62,200 nucleotides of DNA, taken from the IMG/VR virus record IMGVR_UViG_3300028189_000014, positions 1 through 62,200 of that record. One strand, 5' to 3'. The stretch's first letter is position 1; each line of letters opens with the position of its first letter. The position numbers and the translations under genes are program-made. A model generated the notes under the pieces. The model was given only the letters and a program-made list of their open reading frames with translations, was not told the origin of the DNA and did no database searches. Positions 40,251 through 48,103 of this stretch are shown here, in pieces. This DNA is from a virus. Its lineage: Duplodnaviria > Caudoviricetes.

Positions 40251-40412
40251 ATGCAAACACCCATATGGGACGACGGATCCCCGGTAGAAGAAGAGCACCT
40301 CGAAGAGTACTTCACCCAACGCTACGCAGAGTTAGAGCATGAAATGCTCGACTTTGAGTGGGAGGAGTTCATCCAATCAAAGGTTGATGCTCAGCTCGCT
40401 ACGCGAGACTGA
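40251..40412 (+). CDS. Small acidic protein (53 aa)
   Basis: AGGAGAAATACCATG; ends AQLATRD inside hairpin H2. Confidence 0.65.
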   Translation: MQTPIWDDGSPVEEEHLEEYFTQRYAELEHEMLDFEWEEFIQSKVDAQLATRD

Positions 40413-40419
40413 GTTGAAC
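40389..40419 (+). promoter_or_regulatory. Hairpin element H2 (31-bp exact repeat, copy 1)
   Basis: GCTCAGCTCGC-TAC-GCGAGACTGAG-TTGAAC. Confidence 0.6.
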
Positions 40420-40437
40420 CCATAAAAGGAGTATGTC

Positions 40438-40575
40438 ATGTTCACCATCAAATCAATACAGCTAGGTTATATATTTGCCTACAGAATCTGGGATGTAAAG
40501 GCTAACCGCCCTGTATCCCCATTGTTCGCTGAGCTTGCACAAGCTGAGCGTGAATTGGCTATCTTAGAATTATAA
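40438..40575 (+). CDS. Small hypothetical protein (45 aa)
   Basis: AAGGAG RBS; MFTIKSIQLGYIFAYRIWD... Confidence 0.55.
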   Translation: MFTIKSIQLGYIFAYRIWDVKANRPVSPLFAELAQAERELAILEL

Positions 40576-40592
40576 GCATAGCTAATAACCAT

Positions 40593-40622
40593 GCCTGCAC
40601 ACTCCGGTGTGTGGGCTTTTTT
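40593..40622 (+). terminator. Intrinsic terminator
   Basis: GCCTGCACAC-TCCG-GTGTGTGGGC followed by T6. Confidence 0.7.
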
Positions 40623-40646
40623 GTATCAACAAAAGGAGTACTAACC

Positions 40647-40835
40647 ATGTCAAATACTAAGCGTTTCTTAGAACACATCGAAGACCAAGCCCGCCACATG
40701 AGCAAAGCAGAGCTCATGGCAGAGTATCCATACACGGGCGTAGCCCAGTTATGGGACGAGGTCAATGGACCTCAGCAAGCTGAGTTACCGAACAGCTACG
40801 CACCATTCGACGATGCAAACCACCCCGAATCGTAA
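40647..40835 (+). CDS. Small hypothetical protein
   Basis: AAGGAG RBS; MSNTKRFLEH... Confidence 0.6.
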   Translation: MSNTKRFLEHIEDQARHMSKAELMAEYPYTGVAQLWDEVNGPQQAELPNSYAPFDDANHPES

Positions 40836-40837
40836 TA

Positions 40838-41014
40838 ATGGACTACGCCATAACTTTGTTCCTAGGGCTCACAGCTCTGGGGACAGGCTTCGCCGGGTAC
40901 GCAGTCTTATCAACCACAAAACTTACCTTGGCTACTGGCTCTGTTGCAGCCCTTAGCCTCTTATCCAGCGTCCTGAGTTGGACGTTGTTCTTTATATCGT
41001 ACGTGACACTTTAA
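40838..41014 (+). CDS. Small membrane protein (58 aa)
   Basis: MDYAITLFLGLTALGTGFAG..., two hydrophobic segments. Confidence 0.5.
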   Translation: MDYAITLFLGLTALGTGFAGYAVLSTTKLTLATGSVAALSLLSSVLSWTLFFISYVTL

Positions 41015-41093
41015 ACCCATTTAGGGGAGGGGACTTTTTTGGGTTATTTAGCCTATTTTCTCCCCCTCTCAAACCTACACAGGAGTATAGAAC

Positions 41094-41294
41094 ATGCAAA
41101 TAATCAACTTATTGATAACTATCTGGAAATCGCTTCCATGGTATACCAAAGCCCTAACTATGTTCTTCTGGGCAACCCTCATCATAGCCATCTATACAGG
41201 GCATATCACCCTCTGGCTAACCTACTATTTCTACTACCTAATCATCACATTCTGCATTGGTCTGTATATAGGCTATAAGGAGGCACACTCATGA
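41094..41294 (+). CDS. Small membrane protein
   Basis: AGGAG RBS; two TM-like segments. Confidence 0.6.
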   Translation: MQIINLLITIWKSLPWYTKALTMFFWATLIIAIYTGHITLWLTYYFYYLIITFCIGLYIGYKEAHS

Positions 41295-41749
41295 GCACTA
41301 AAAAGAACGCATCAATGGTCGGGATCATATCAGCCCACAAAATACTACTATGCAGCACTAAGAAAAATCCAGAGTTCTGGCAGCCCGTAGGTGGTGGGCA
41401 GCAAGGTCATGAAGACCCACGTAATACTGCTATGCGAGAACTATGGGAAGAAACGGGCGTTGTCCTAGGCGACACACAGCTACTAAAAGAACGTTGTGTG
41501 CACCCCTCTAAAACAGGGGGGAAAGTTACTTTCTACACAGTAGAATACTCCGTCGCTTCTAGGTACTCAGAATATGAACACTTAGAAGATTTTCTCGAAG
41601 AACAGGACGAAATAGCAGATTTTAAATGGGTTACACCCGCTGACGCACTAGCAAGGCTACCCATGATGTCTGCCACTAAGCTGTTTCTCTGGCAACTACG
41701 TTACGAAATTTTATGTGACCAAATAGCTCAGCTCGCTACGCGAGACTGA
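41291..41749 (+). CDS. Nudix hydrolase
   Basis: Nudix box GGQQGHEDPRNTAMRELWEETGV. Confidence 0.9.
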   Translation: MSTKKNASMVGIISAHKILLCSTKKNPEFWQPVGGGQQGHEDPRNTAMRELWEETGVVLGDTQLLKERCVHPSKTGGKVTFYTVEYSVASRYSEYEHLEDFLEEQDEIADFKWVTPADALARLPMMSATKLFLWQLRYEILCDQIAQLATRD

Positions 41750-41756
41750 GTTGAAC
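41726..41756 (+). promoter_or_regulatory. Hairpin element H3 (31-bp exact repeat, copy 2), directly before RNAP
   Basis: Identical to 40389-40419. Confidence 0.6.
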
Positions 41757-41798
41757 TACAAACTATGTGATTAATCAATTAAATTGGAGTACATCATC

Positions 41799-43469
41799 AT
41801 GGAAGCTCAGATATTAGAGTATCTAAATAAGCAATACAGCTATGAGAGCAAAGCGCTCCGTATAGCTAAGTTGAAAGAGCGTCAGCTAACACCGCTAGCC
41901 ATCTCGGCTAAGCTATGGACGGCACTCTGCCGCACCCAGCAGGACAAAACTGCAATACAGAACGTAGCCACACGCCTAGGTACTAGCCTCGGCTATACGG
42001 ATCAGCTCGACGCAGTTAAAACTGGCGCTGAGCTGTTGGCAATCTGTCAACATCAAGGATGGTACACGCTTGATATGACCCGTTATGGCACCTATGTGCT
42101 ACCTAACTTACCTAAAGAAGCGTTGATAAAATCCAACTTCCCCACCTTCAAGCCCAACAAATGGAGTAGTAACCATAATGGTGAAGACTCTATTATATTA
42201 GGTGGCGGGATGAAACATCACAATCAAGCACAGTCGTATGACGTGCTTAATATCCTACAGAATATAGAATGGTGTATAGATACCGAGGTTCTACGTTATG
42301 AGAAGAACCCGAAAGCTAAGCACCACTCCCAGAGAACCCGTGCTGACTTCAATGCTATATATAACGACTTAATAGGTCGTGGCTTCTACTTCAAATGGCG
42401 TTACGACATGCGCGGGCGTGGATTCATCCACAGTTATTTCTTAAACTTCCAAAGTCATGAATATGACAAGGCTCTGTTATCACCTCGTAAAAAGGTAATT
42501 ACCGAGAACCTCGGTAACCTTAAGATAGCCGTAGCTAACGAAGCAGGGCACGATAAGCTCCTGTTCGAAGAGCGTATAGCCTGGTTCGATGCACAGCTTG
42601 AGAAAGGCTTCAATACCGAAGAATTCAAATACCCCATACTAGGACGCAAAGCATTACGAGCCTACGCCCTAGCAGAACAGGGACTGCCTAGTAATTACAT
42701 GATGGGGCTAGATGCTACTGCCTCGGGCTTACAGATCATGGCGGCATTAATTGGCTGTAAGATCACAGCGAAAGCCTGCAACTTGATCTATTCAGGCACA
42801 CGAGAGGATCTGTACACACTCGTAGCTGATACGATGAATGCTGAGCTATCACCAGCTGACTATGTAGACCGTAACATGGTGAAAGATCCTGTAATGACTC
42901 ACTATTACAATAGTATCAAAGAACCACGTAAAGCGTTCAACGATGCACAGCTACAGGCGTTCTACAACGCATTGGATGGGCTCTGCCCCGGTGCCGTAGA
43001 CGTTATGGATACGATCAACGCCTTCTGGAATAAGCGGACACTTGAGCACAGTTGGACTCTCCCTGACGGGCACCGCTCAGTTGTCCCTGTCATCGAAACA
43101 GTAGACAAACGTGTTGAGGTAGATGAGCTGAATCACCGTCGCTTCGCTTATATCTACAAAAAGAATATGCCATCACGTAAGTCAACGTCCTTAGTGCCTA
43201 ACATTATTCACTCGGTCGATGCCTACGTTGCCCGTGAGATGGTAAGGCGCTGTCCGTTCGACATTGTGCATATTTTCGATTGCTTCTACTTCTACCCAGA
43301 TAATATGGACGAAGCCTCACGTATATACCGTGAGATCCTAGCAGATATCGCACAGAGCAATCTGTTAGCTGACATCTTATCGGAAATTAGCGGTAAGAAT
43401 ATAAGCATTGCTAAAGATAGTGACGATTTACACATCGACATCCTTACTAGCAAATATGCGATTTCTTAG
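41799..43469 (+). CDS. Single-subunit DNA-dependent RNA polymerase (T7/N4-RNAPII superfamily), ~556 aa
   Basis: DMRGR, motif A GLDATASGLQ, motif B RNMVKDPVMTHYY, PNIIHSVDA, motif C HIFDCF; GGAG RBS before ATG 41799. Confidence 0.9.
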   Translation: MEAQILEYLNKQYSYESKALRIAKLKERQLTPLAISAKLWTALCRTQQDKTAIQNVATRLGTSLGYTDQLDAVKTGAELLAICQHQGWYTLDMTRYGTYVLPNLPKEALIKSNFPTFKPNKWSSNHNGEDSIILGGGMKHHNQAQSYDVLNILQNIEWCIDTEVLRYEKNPKAKHHSQRTRADFNAIYNDLIGRGFYFKWRYDMRGRGFIHSYFLNFQSHEYDKALLSPRKKVITENLGNLKIAVANEAGHDKLLFEERIAWFDAQLEKGFNTEEFKYPILGRKALRAYALAEQGLPSNYMMGLDATASGLQIMAALIGCKITAKACNLIYSGTREDLYTLVADTMNAELSPADYVDRNMVKDPVMTHYYNSIKEPRKAFNDAQLQAFYNALDGLCPGAVDVMDTINAFWNKRTLEHSWTLPDGHRSVVPVIETVDKRVEVDELNHRRFAYIYKKNMPSRKSTSLVPNIIHSVDAYVAREMVRRCPFDIVHIFDCFYFYPDNMDEASRIYREILADIAQSNLLADILSEISGKNISIAKDSDDLHIDILTSKYAIS

Positions 43470-43484
43470 TGGACTCCGTCCACT
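43468..43484 (+). promoter_or_regulatory. Hairpin element H4
   Basis: AGTGGAC-TCC-GTCCACT perfect stem; template loop C-GGA-G. Confidence 0.45.
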
Positions 43485-43534
43485 TAAATGATTTTTAACC
43501 GAGCTAAATAGCTCACAAATACTGGAGAAATACC

Positions 43535-43954
43535 ATGGCTAACAAAGCAACTACTACCTATGACGACGAAACCTATTTTTTCTTACAACTAGGCAACCAA
43601 CGTGTACGTTTTGTACCTGTTGAAGCCTTTGCGGGGACTATCACCGAAGCTGGTGTGTATAACTTCCTTAGCACTAAAGCCATCGTTGGTGTAACAGCCC
43701 CACGTACCAGCGGTAAGAATGCAGGTAAACTTGGCTTTACTGTTAACGGCACCCAAGGCAAACGCACTAGCGTTATTGGGTTCATTAACTTCTATGAAAG
43801 CACAGCTTGTGCTACCTCTACAGATACCGAGCTTGGCGCTGAGAAAGGCAAGCTAGAAATGCTGTTGAAGAAAATGAAACGTACTGACGTAACTACACCT
43901 TACACTGATGAGCAAAATGAGTCATTCGCAGATGACTTAGGCTTAGCAGCGTAA
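43535..43954 (+). CDS. Hypothetical protein, candidate RNAP accessory / ssDNA-binding factor
   Basis: Directly after RNAP, GGAGAAATACCATG RBS, aromatic/basic core with acidic tail. Confidence 0.5.
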   Translation: MANKATTTYDDETYFFLQLGNQRVRFVPVEAFAGTITEAGVYNFLSTKAIVGVTAPRTSGKNAGKLGFTVNGTQGKRTSVIGFINFYESTACATSTDTELGAEKGKLEMLLKKMKRTDVTTPYTDEQNESFADDLGLAA

Positions 43955-43967
43955 CTTTTACCTCTTG

Positions 43968-43990
43968 GGGAGCTTCGGCTCCCTTTTTTT
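43968..43990 (+). terminator. Intrinsic terminator
   Basis: GGGAGC-TTCG-GCTCCC followed by T7. Confidence 0.85.
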
Positions 43991-44009
43991 ATGCCAGGAG
44001 ATTAATCGA

Positions 44010-44297
44010 ATGAGCCAATACAACTACCCAACGACAGCATTGCTATCCAAAGCTCAACACGTACGCCTTAAAAATTACGCTGCAAGTGAAGGTATTAGCG
44101 TCAGCAAGATACTTAGAAGTTATGTAGATGCCATATGTCCCCGCCCTTCTCCAGGACGAAAGAGTGGGATTAAGAATTATCTATATGGACAAGAACAGCC
44201 TGTAAAGAGCCCTACCAAAGCTATTAAAGATATTATGGACGCAATCGACCCCAATCAATACGAAATCGTGTTGATAAGAAAAATTCACCAGCCATAG
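44010..44297 (+). CDS. Ribbon-helix-helix-like DNA-binding protein
   Basis: TTALLSKAQHVRLKNYAASEGISVSKILRSYVD; AGGAG RBS. Confidence 0.65.
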   Translation: MSQYNYPTTALLSKAQHVRLKNYAASEGISVSKILRSYVDAICPRPSPGRKSGIKNYLYGQEQPVKSPTKAIKDIMDAIDPNQYEIVLIRKIHQP

Positions 44298-44302
44298 GAG
44301 GC

Positions 44303-44431
44303 TTGTTTATACAAGTAAAACTCGAGCACGACGGCGTTGTACTTGATGTGTTCGATAAAGATAATGACGTAATTAAAAGCCACTATAAATATTATAGTGA
44401 CATGGGACTAACAGCACCAAAGGAGGTGTGA
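44303..44431 (+). CDS. Small hypothetical protein (TTG start)
   Basis: AGGAGG then TTG; 42 aa filling the gap. Confidence 0.4.
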   Translation: MFIQVKLEHDGVVLDVFDKDNDVIKSHYKYYSDMGLTAPKEV

Positions 44432-44432
44432 G

Positions 44433-44672
44433 ATGAGCCAACGTGATTGGGACGAATTAGAAAAAGAAAAACAGAATATCATAGACGGTAAGAGCATTAC
44501 ACATCTTTGGACCGTGCAGGATATTTTTCAGCAGAGCGAAAATCATTCCGAAGACGGAAAAGTCTGCATTGAAGAAGTTGATGCTTTGCGAATACTAGAA
44601 GCTATCAGATGGCCTGATCCTGATTACAATGACTATGACATAATCAGTGACATGATATCGGACTGCACTTAA
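44433..44672 (+). CDS. Small acidic protein (MSxxDW paralog family)
   Basis: Similar to 45033-45248 and 60580-60864. Confidence 0.6.
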   Translation: MSQRDWDELEKEKQNIIDGKSITHLWTVQDIFQQSENHSEDGKVCIEEVDALRILEAIRWPDPDYNDYDIISDMISDCT

Positions 44673-44684
44673 TGGAGGTGAAAG

Positions 44685-44987
44685 ATGGATATGAACTATG
44701 ATATTTACCCCCCAGAAGATTATGAATACTCATCATTAGATGAACTAATAGACTTATGGGCTTCAACCCCGTGGAATTTCTACATTCATTGGTATAGCTA
44801 CACAGACTGCGGCGTTACCATTACTATGAAATTCGGTTCTGATGAAGAACTCTGTAACGATGAGTTACCTCATAGAGATTGGGATACCTCAATTACTAAA
44901 CTTAAAGTCAGTTCTATTATTGAAGGGTCTTCAGCAGAAGTACCCGGCTATTGGATAGATAACCCTAATGATTTTTTAAACTTCTAA
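44685..44987 (+). CDS. Hypothetical acidic protein (possible -1 extension to 45046)
   Basis: GGAGG RBS; T TTA AAC heptamer just before stop. Confidence 0.6.
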   Translation: MDMNYDIYPPEDYEYSSLDELIDLWASTPWNFYIHWYSYTDCGVTITMKFGSDEELCNDELPHRDWDTSITKLKVSSIIEGSSAEVPGYWIDNPNDFLNF

Positions 44988-45032
44988 ACGTCGTAGAAGA
45001 AGAAGCTAACAACCTATGGGAGGAAACAAATA

Positions 45033-45248
45033 ATGAGCCTAGCTGATTGGCAAGACGTGCAAAGCGATAGAGAGAACATCATAACAGGTATAGCTGTAGC
45101 AGAAGTCTGGAGTACTACAGATATACACAACGCTACTGATTATAAACTAACAAATGAGCAGGCAATGTATATATTAGCGTTGCTTATTAAAGACCATGAT
45201 GCGAATATAGAGAAAGATATACAACGTCTAACCAAAATTCATTTTTAG
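45033..45248 (+). CDS. Small protein (MSxxDW paralog family)
   Basis: MSLADWQDV...I.G.AVAEVWST.DI. Confidence 0.6.
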   Translation: MSLADWQDVQSDRENIITGIAVAEVWSTTDIHNATDYKLTNEQAMYILALLIKDHDANIEKDIQRLTKIHF

Positions 45249-45256
45249 GAGGAACG

Positions 45257-45493
45257 ATGAGTACCCAAATGAACATCCTGTTATCCAAAAACCAACATAT
45301 AGCCTTAAAGACCTACGCGAAAAAACAAGGACTCGCTATGTCTAAAGTTGTGCGGAACTATATAGATAGTTTAGAACAACAAGTAACCCCTAATTTCCTA
45401 AAAAGAACCGGATGGTGTAGACCCTGTGACTCCATCCAATTTACAACTGAAGGCCGCTGTGATACCTGCGGCGAATGGACGGTGAAACAATGA
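45257..45493 (+). CDS. RHH-like protein with C-terminal zinc ribbon
   Basis: Similar to 44010-44297; CRPC...CDTC. Confidence 0.65.
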   Translation: MSTQMNILLSKNQHIALKTYAKKQGLAMSKVVRNYIDSLEQQVTPNFLKRTGWCRPCDSIQFTTEGRCDTCGEWTVKQ

Positions 45494-45633
45494 AGAAAGC
45501 TAAAAAACAAAAACGTGAAGAAGCTGAACTACGCGAAGCTGCTAAACGCAACCCCGCAGACCAATTGAAATGGCTTGATGAGAACGAACTTCGAGCTTTA
45601 AAAGAACGCAAGAAACTAACCAACCAACTATAG
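45490..45633 (+). CDS. Small basic protein (47 aa)
   Basis: ATGA overlap; MKKAKKQKREEAELREAAKRNP... Confidence 0.5.
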   Translation: MKKAKKQKREEAELREAAKRNPADQLKWLDENELRALKERKKLTNQL

Positions 45634-45641
45634 GAGGTCGT

Positions 45642-45839
45642 ATGAACGAGGAACTAAGTACTTTCGAAGAAGACATACTCTATCTAAAAACCAAATTACA
45701 TCGAGACTCTATAAGCCAAGAAGTCTTAGATGTTTACGCCTTGAAGATCGCAGATCGCGTTCTACGAGGACGAGAAACTGTGTCCCAAGCTCGCGTTAAA
45801 GAGCTTAAAAATATAAGGAATGCTTATGGGTTATCGTAG
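45642..45839 (+). CDS. Hypothetical protein
   Basis: AGGAGG RBS. Confidence 0.55.
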   Translation: MNEELSTFEEDILYLKTKLHRDSISQEVLDVYALKIADRVLRGRETVSQARVKELKNIRNAYGLS

Positions 45840-46179
45840 CGATATAGTCATATGCATGACCCCTGAAAAAGAATATGAATTTAAATTCCTAGGAATATCG
45901 AACGCCGAAGAATGGCCTTATAGCCGTGAAGTTCAACCTGATTCGACAATACGGTACACATACCATGGCGTTAAATGGTATCAAAGCTATCCAGAAGTTC
46001 CAGAAGCTGAGAAGTGGTTCTCTACTATCCCAGAAAACACCTACTGTTTCATACGCGTAGGTGAAGGCGATGGTTATAACACTGATATCGAAGCGCACGG
46101 CGATCAAGAACGCTTCGGTGTAAACGTATCAGTTATCCCCGAAATAGTAGATGCCAATTGGAATCCTCTGTTCGTATAG
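45820..46179 (+). CDS. Hypothetical phage protein
   Basis: MGYRSDI, VKWYQSYPEV, FIRVGE. Confidence 0.65.
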   Translation: MLMGYRSDIVICMTPEKEYEFKFLGISNAEEWPYSREVQPDSTIRYTYHGVKWYQSYPEVPEAEKWFSTIPENTYCFIRVGEGDGYNTDIEAHGDQERFGVNVSVIPEIVDANWNPLFV

Positions 46180-46436
46180 CCACAACTAACTAACCAGATA
46201 AGTAAGTTTACCCTGTGGATAACTTTTCTTATACCTTAAAACTAATCTAGTCCTATACCTAGGTATAGGTGGTCCAAGCCGTGAGTGGGCTGATGGAAAA
46301 AACCTCGGCAGCGGGAGCAGATCTCACATATCAAGATGTACTCCGATCTGTGATCCCGCACTTTAACATTCAGGAGGTTATATGGTTTTATTTATAGGGA
46401 TAGGGTTATTTCTAATAGTCCTATCTGTTTCGATAG

Positions 46437-46895
46437 ATGGATAGCCAACAGGAGTACCTACGCAACAGGGTCTACGAAGAGCTACTCCGTATAAATGCTG
46501 GTAGACACCTAGTGTCATACCAATTATTCCCTAAAGCAGGAATCATTGAGCTAGATTGCAGAGGAGATCATGTTTTTAGAGTAAATGACTTAGGGTACAT
46601 GACCTACACCTTAGGGCTGCCTATCAACCAGAAAGCAGAACGTATCTTGAGGATAAAAAACAGCATGCTTGCAAATTACCAACGCAATCAGGAAGGGAAA
46701 TGGTTGTGGAGCTATGAAGACACACACCATGATATTTTAAACGTACTAAAGGAAGGAGTAACCACCAATGAAACCCAGCGAACTGACCGAGCTCTTAAAA
46801 GCCTCGCTTATAAACGTGACCTTGAAACCCGGCGAATCCCGTCTATCAGCAATGGTATGGGGCGCGCCTGGCATCGGGAAATCACAGATCATTAA
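46437..46895 (+). CDS. Hypothetical protein (3' end overlaps ATPase gene)
   Basis: ORF track only. Confidence 0.45.
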   Translation: MDSQQEYLRNRVYEELLRINAGRHLVSYQLFPKAGIIELDCRGDHVFRVNDLGYMTYTLGLPINQKAERILRIKNSMLANYQRNQEGKWLWSYEDTHHDILNVLKEGVTTNETQRTDRALKSLAYKRDLETRRIPSISNGMGRAWHREITDH

Positions 46896-47799
46896 ACAGC
46901 TAGCAGAAGAACACGACTATCGCTTTTTAGATATACGCCTATCTCAGATGGGTCCCGAAGACATGCAGGGGGTACCTTTTGTAGTCGTCGAAGATTCTGA
47001 AAAACGAACTGCTTGGGGTACACCACTTATGTACCCTAAAGAAGGTGACAAAAAAACCCTGATGTTCTTCGATGAAATCACCCATGCTCCACCTGCAGTA
47101 CGCAAATCTGCCTTTCAGATCATCCTAGACCGACAAATAGGACAACATAAATTCCCTGAAGACACAGTTATTGTCGCAGCAGGAAACCGCGTTGAAGATC
47201 GCTCCGGTGCACAAGAAATGGAGTTGGCTCTAAAGAACCGCTTTATGCACTGCGACTTAGAGGTAGATCGTGATGATCTAGCAAGTTGGTGGGTGAGGAA
47301 CGATAAAGACTCTAGAATCTTATCATTTCTACGTGCCGCACCGCATCATATACATGATATGCCTGAAGGTGTCACAAGTGAGAACGCTTTCCCGTCGCCA
47401 CGTACATGGGATTTCGCTTCGCAAATTCTCAGGACTGTCCCTAAACACCTACGCCTACAAGCTTTGAAAGGAACTGTCGGAACAGGTCCTGCTAAAGAAC
47501 TCGAAGTACACTTACGTACAGAACTCCCCGATATGGAGAAACTATTGGCAGAACCGTGGAGTTTCAAACCGCCGGAAGACCGTTCAGTTATGTACGCTAT
47601 AGCCAACGCGCTTACAACTTACGTAACTCGAGCTACGATACAAGGTTTCTGTGATATTGCAGAGCAATTAGCTTCGATCAACCACCAACAGGATTTTGCT
47701 GTTACTATGACGCGTGACTTGTTCATTAACAAACCTGAACTAACTCAAACCTCAAGCTATATTGCTTGGGCAGCTAAACATAAACATTTGGTGATTTAA
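46768..47799 (+). CDS. MoxR-like AAA+ ATPase
   Basis: WGAPGIGKS, FFDEI, AAGNR, ALKNRF, FPSPRTW. Confidence 0.9.
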   Translation: MKPSELTELLKASLINVTLKPGESRLSAMVWGAPGIGKSQIIKQLAEEHDYRFLDIRLSQMGPEDMQGVPFVVVEDSEKRTAWGTPLMYPKEGDKKTLMFFDEITHAPPAVRKSAFQIILDRQIGQHKFPEDTVIVAAGNRVEDRSGAQEMELALKNRFMHCDLEVDRDDLASWWVRNDKDSRILSFLRAAPHHIHDMPEGVTSENAFPSPRTWDFASQILRTVPKHLRLQALKGTVGTGPAKELEVHLRTELPDMEKLLAEPWSFKPPEDRSVMYAIANALTTYVTRATIQGFCDIAEQLASINHQQDFAVTMTRDLFINKPELTQTSSYIAWAAKHKHLVI

Positions 47800-47981
47800 T
47801 GTACGAAGACGATTCTGGTGAAGACCGCACGAACACTTTAGCAGTTCCTATAGAACCATCTTTACAGGAAGCGGTTAATAGCGCTGCTAACGTAAGAGGC
47901 GTGTCGCCAGAAGCATTTACTCGTTGGGCTTTAATCCGAATGATAGCCGATGTATCAGGACATCGTTGGAAACCCAAATAA
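47799..47981 (+). CDS. Small RHH-like protein
   Basis: LAVPIEPSLQEAVNSAANVRGVSPEAFTRWAL. Confidence 0.5.
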   Translation: MYEDDSGEDRTNTLAVPIEPSLQEAVNSAANVRGVSPEAFTRWALIRMIADVSGHRWKPK

Positions 47982-48103
47982 AAAAAAAGCTCTGCCTATA
48001 TCACTAAATATAAGCAGAGCTGATATTCCATAGCCAAGGGAGGGGTTATGGAATAGAGAGTAAGCGGTATTAATATTAGCAATACTTATGGGAGAAAGCA
48101 ATA

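Noticed and set aside
46290-46305. Hammerhead ribozyme core
   Set aside because: CTGATGG does not match CUGANGA and the required stems are not evident
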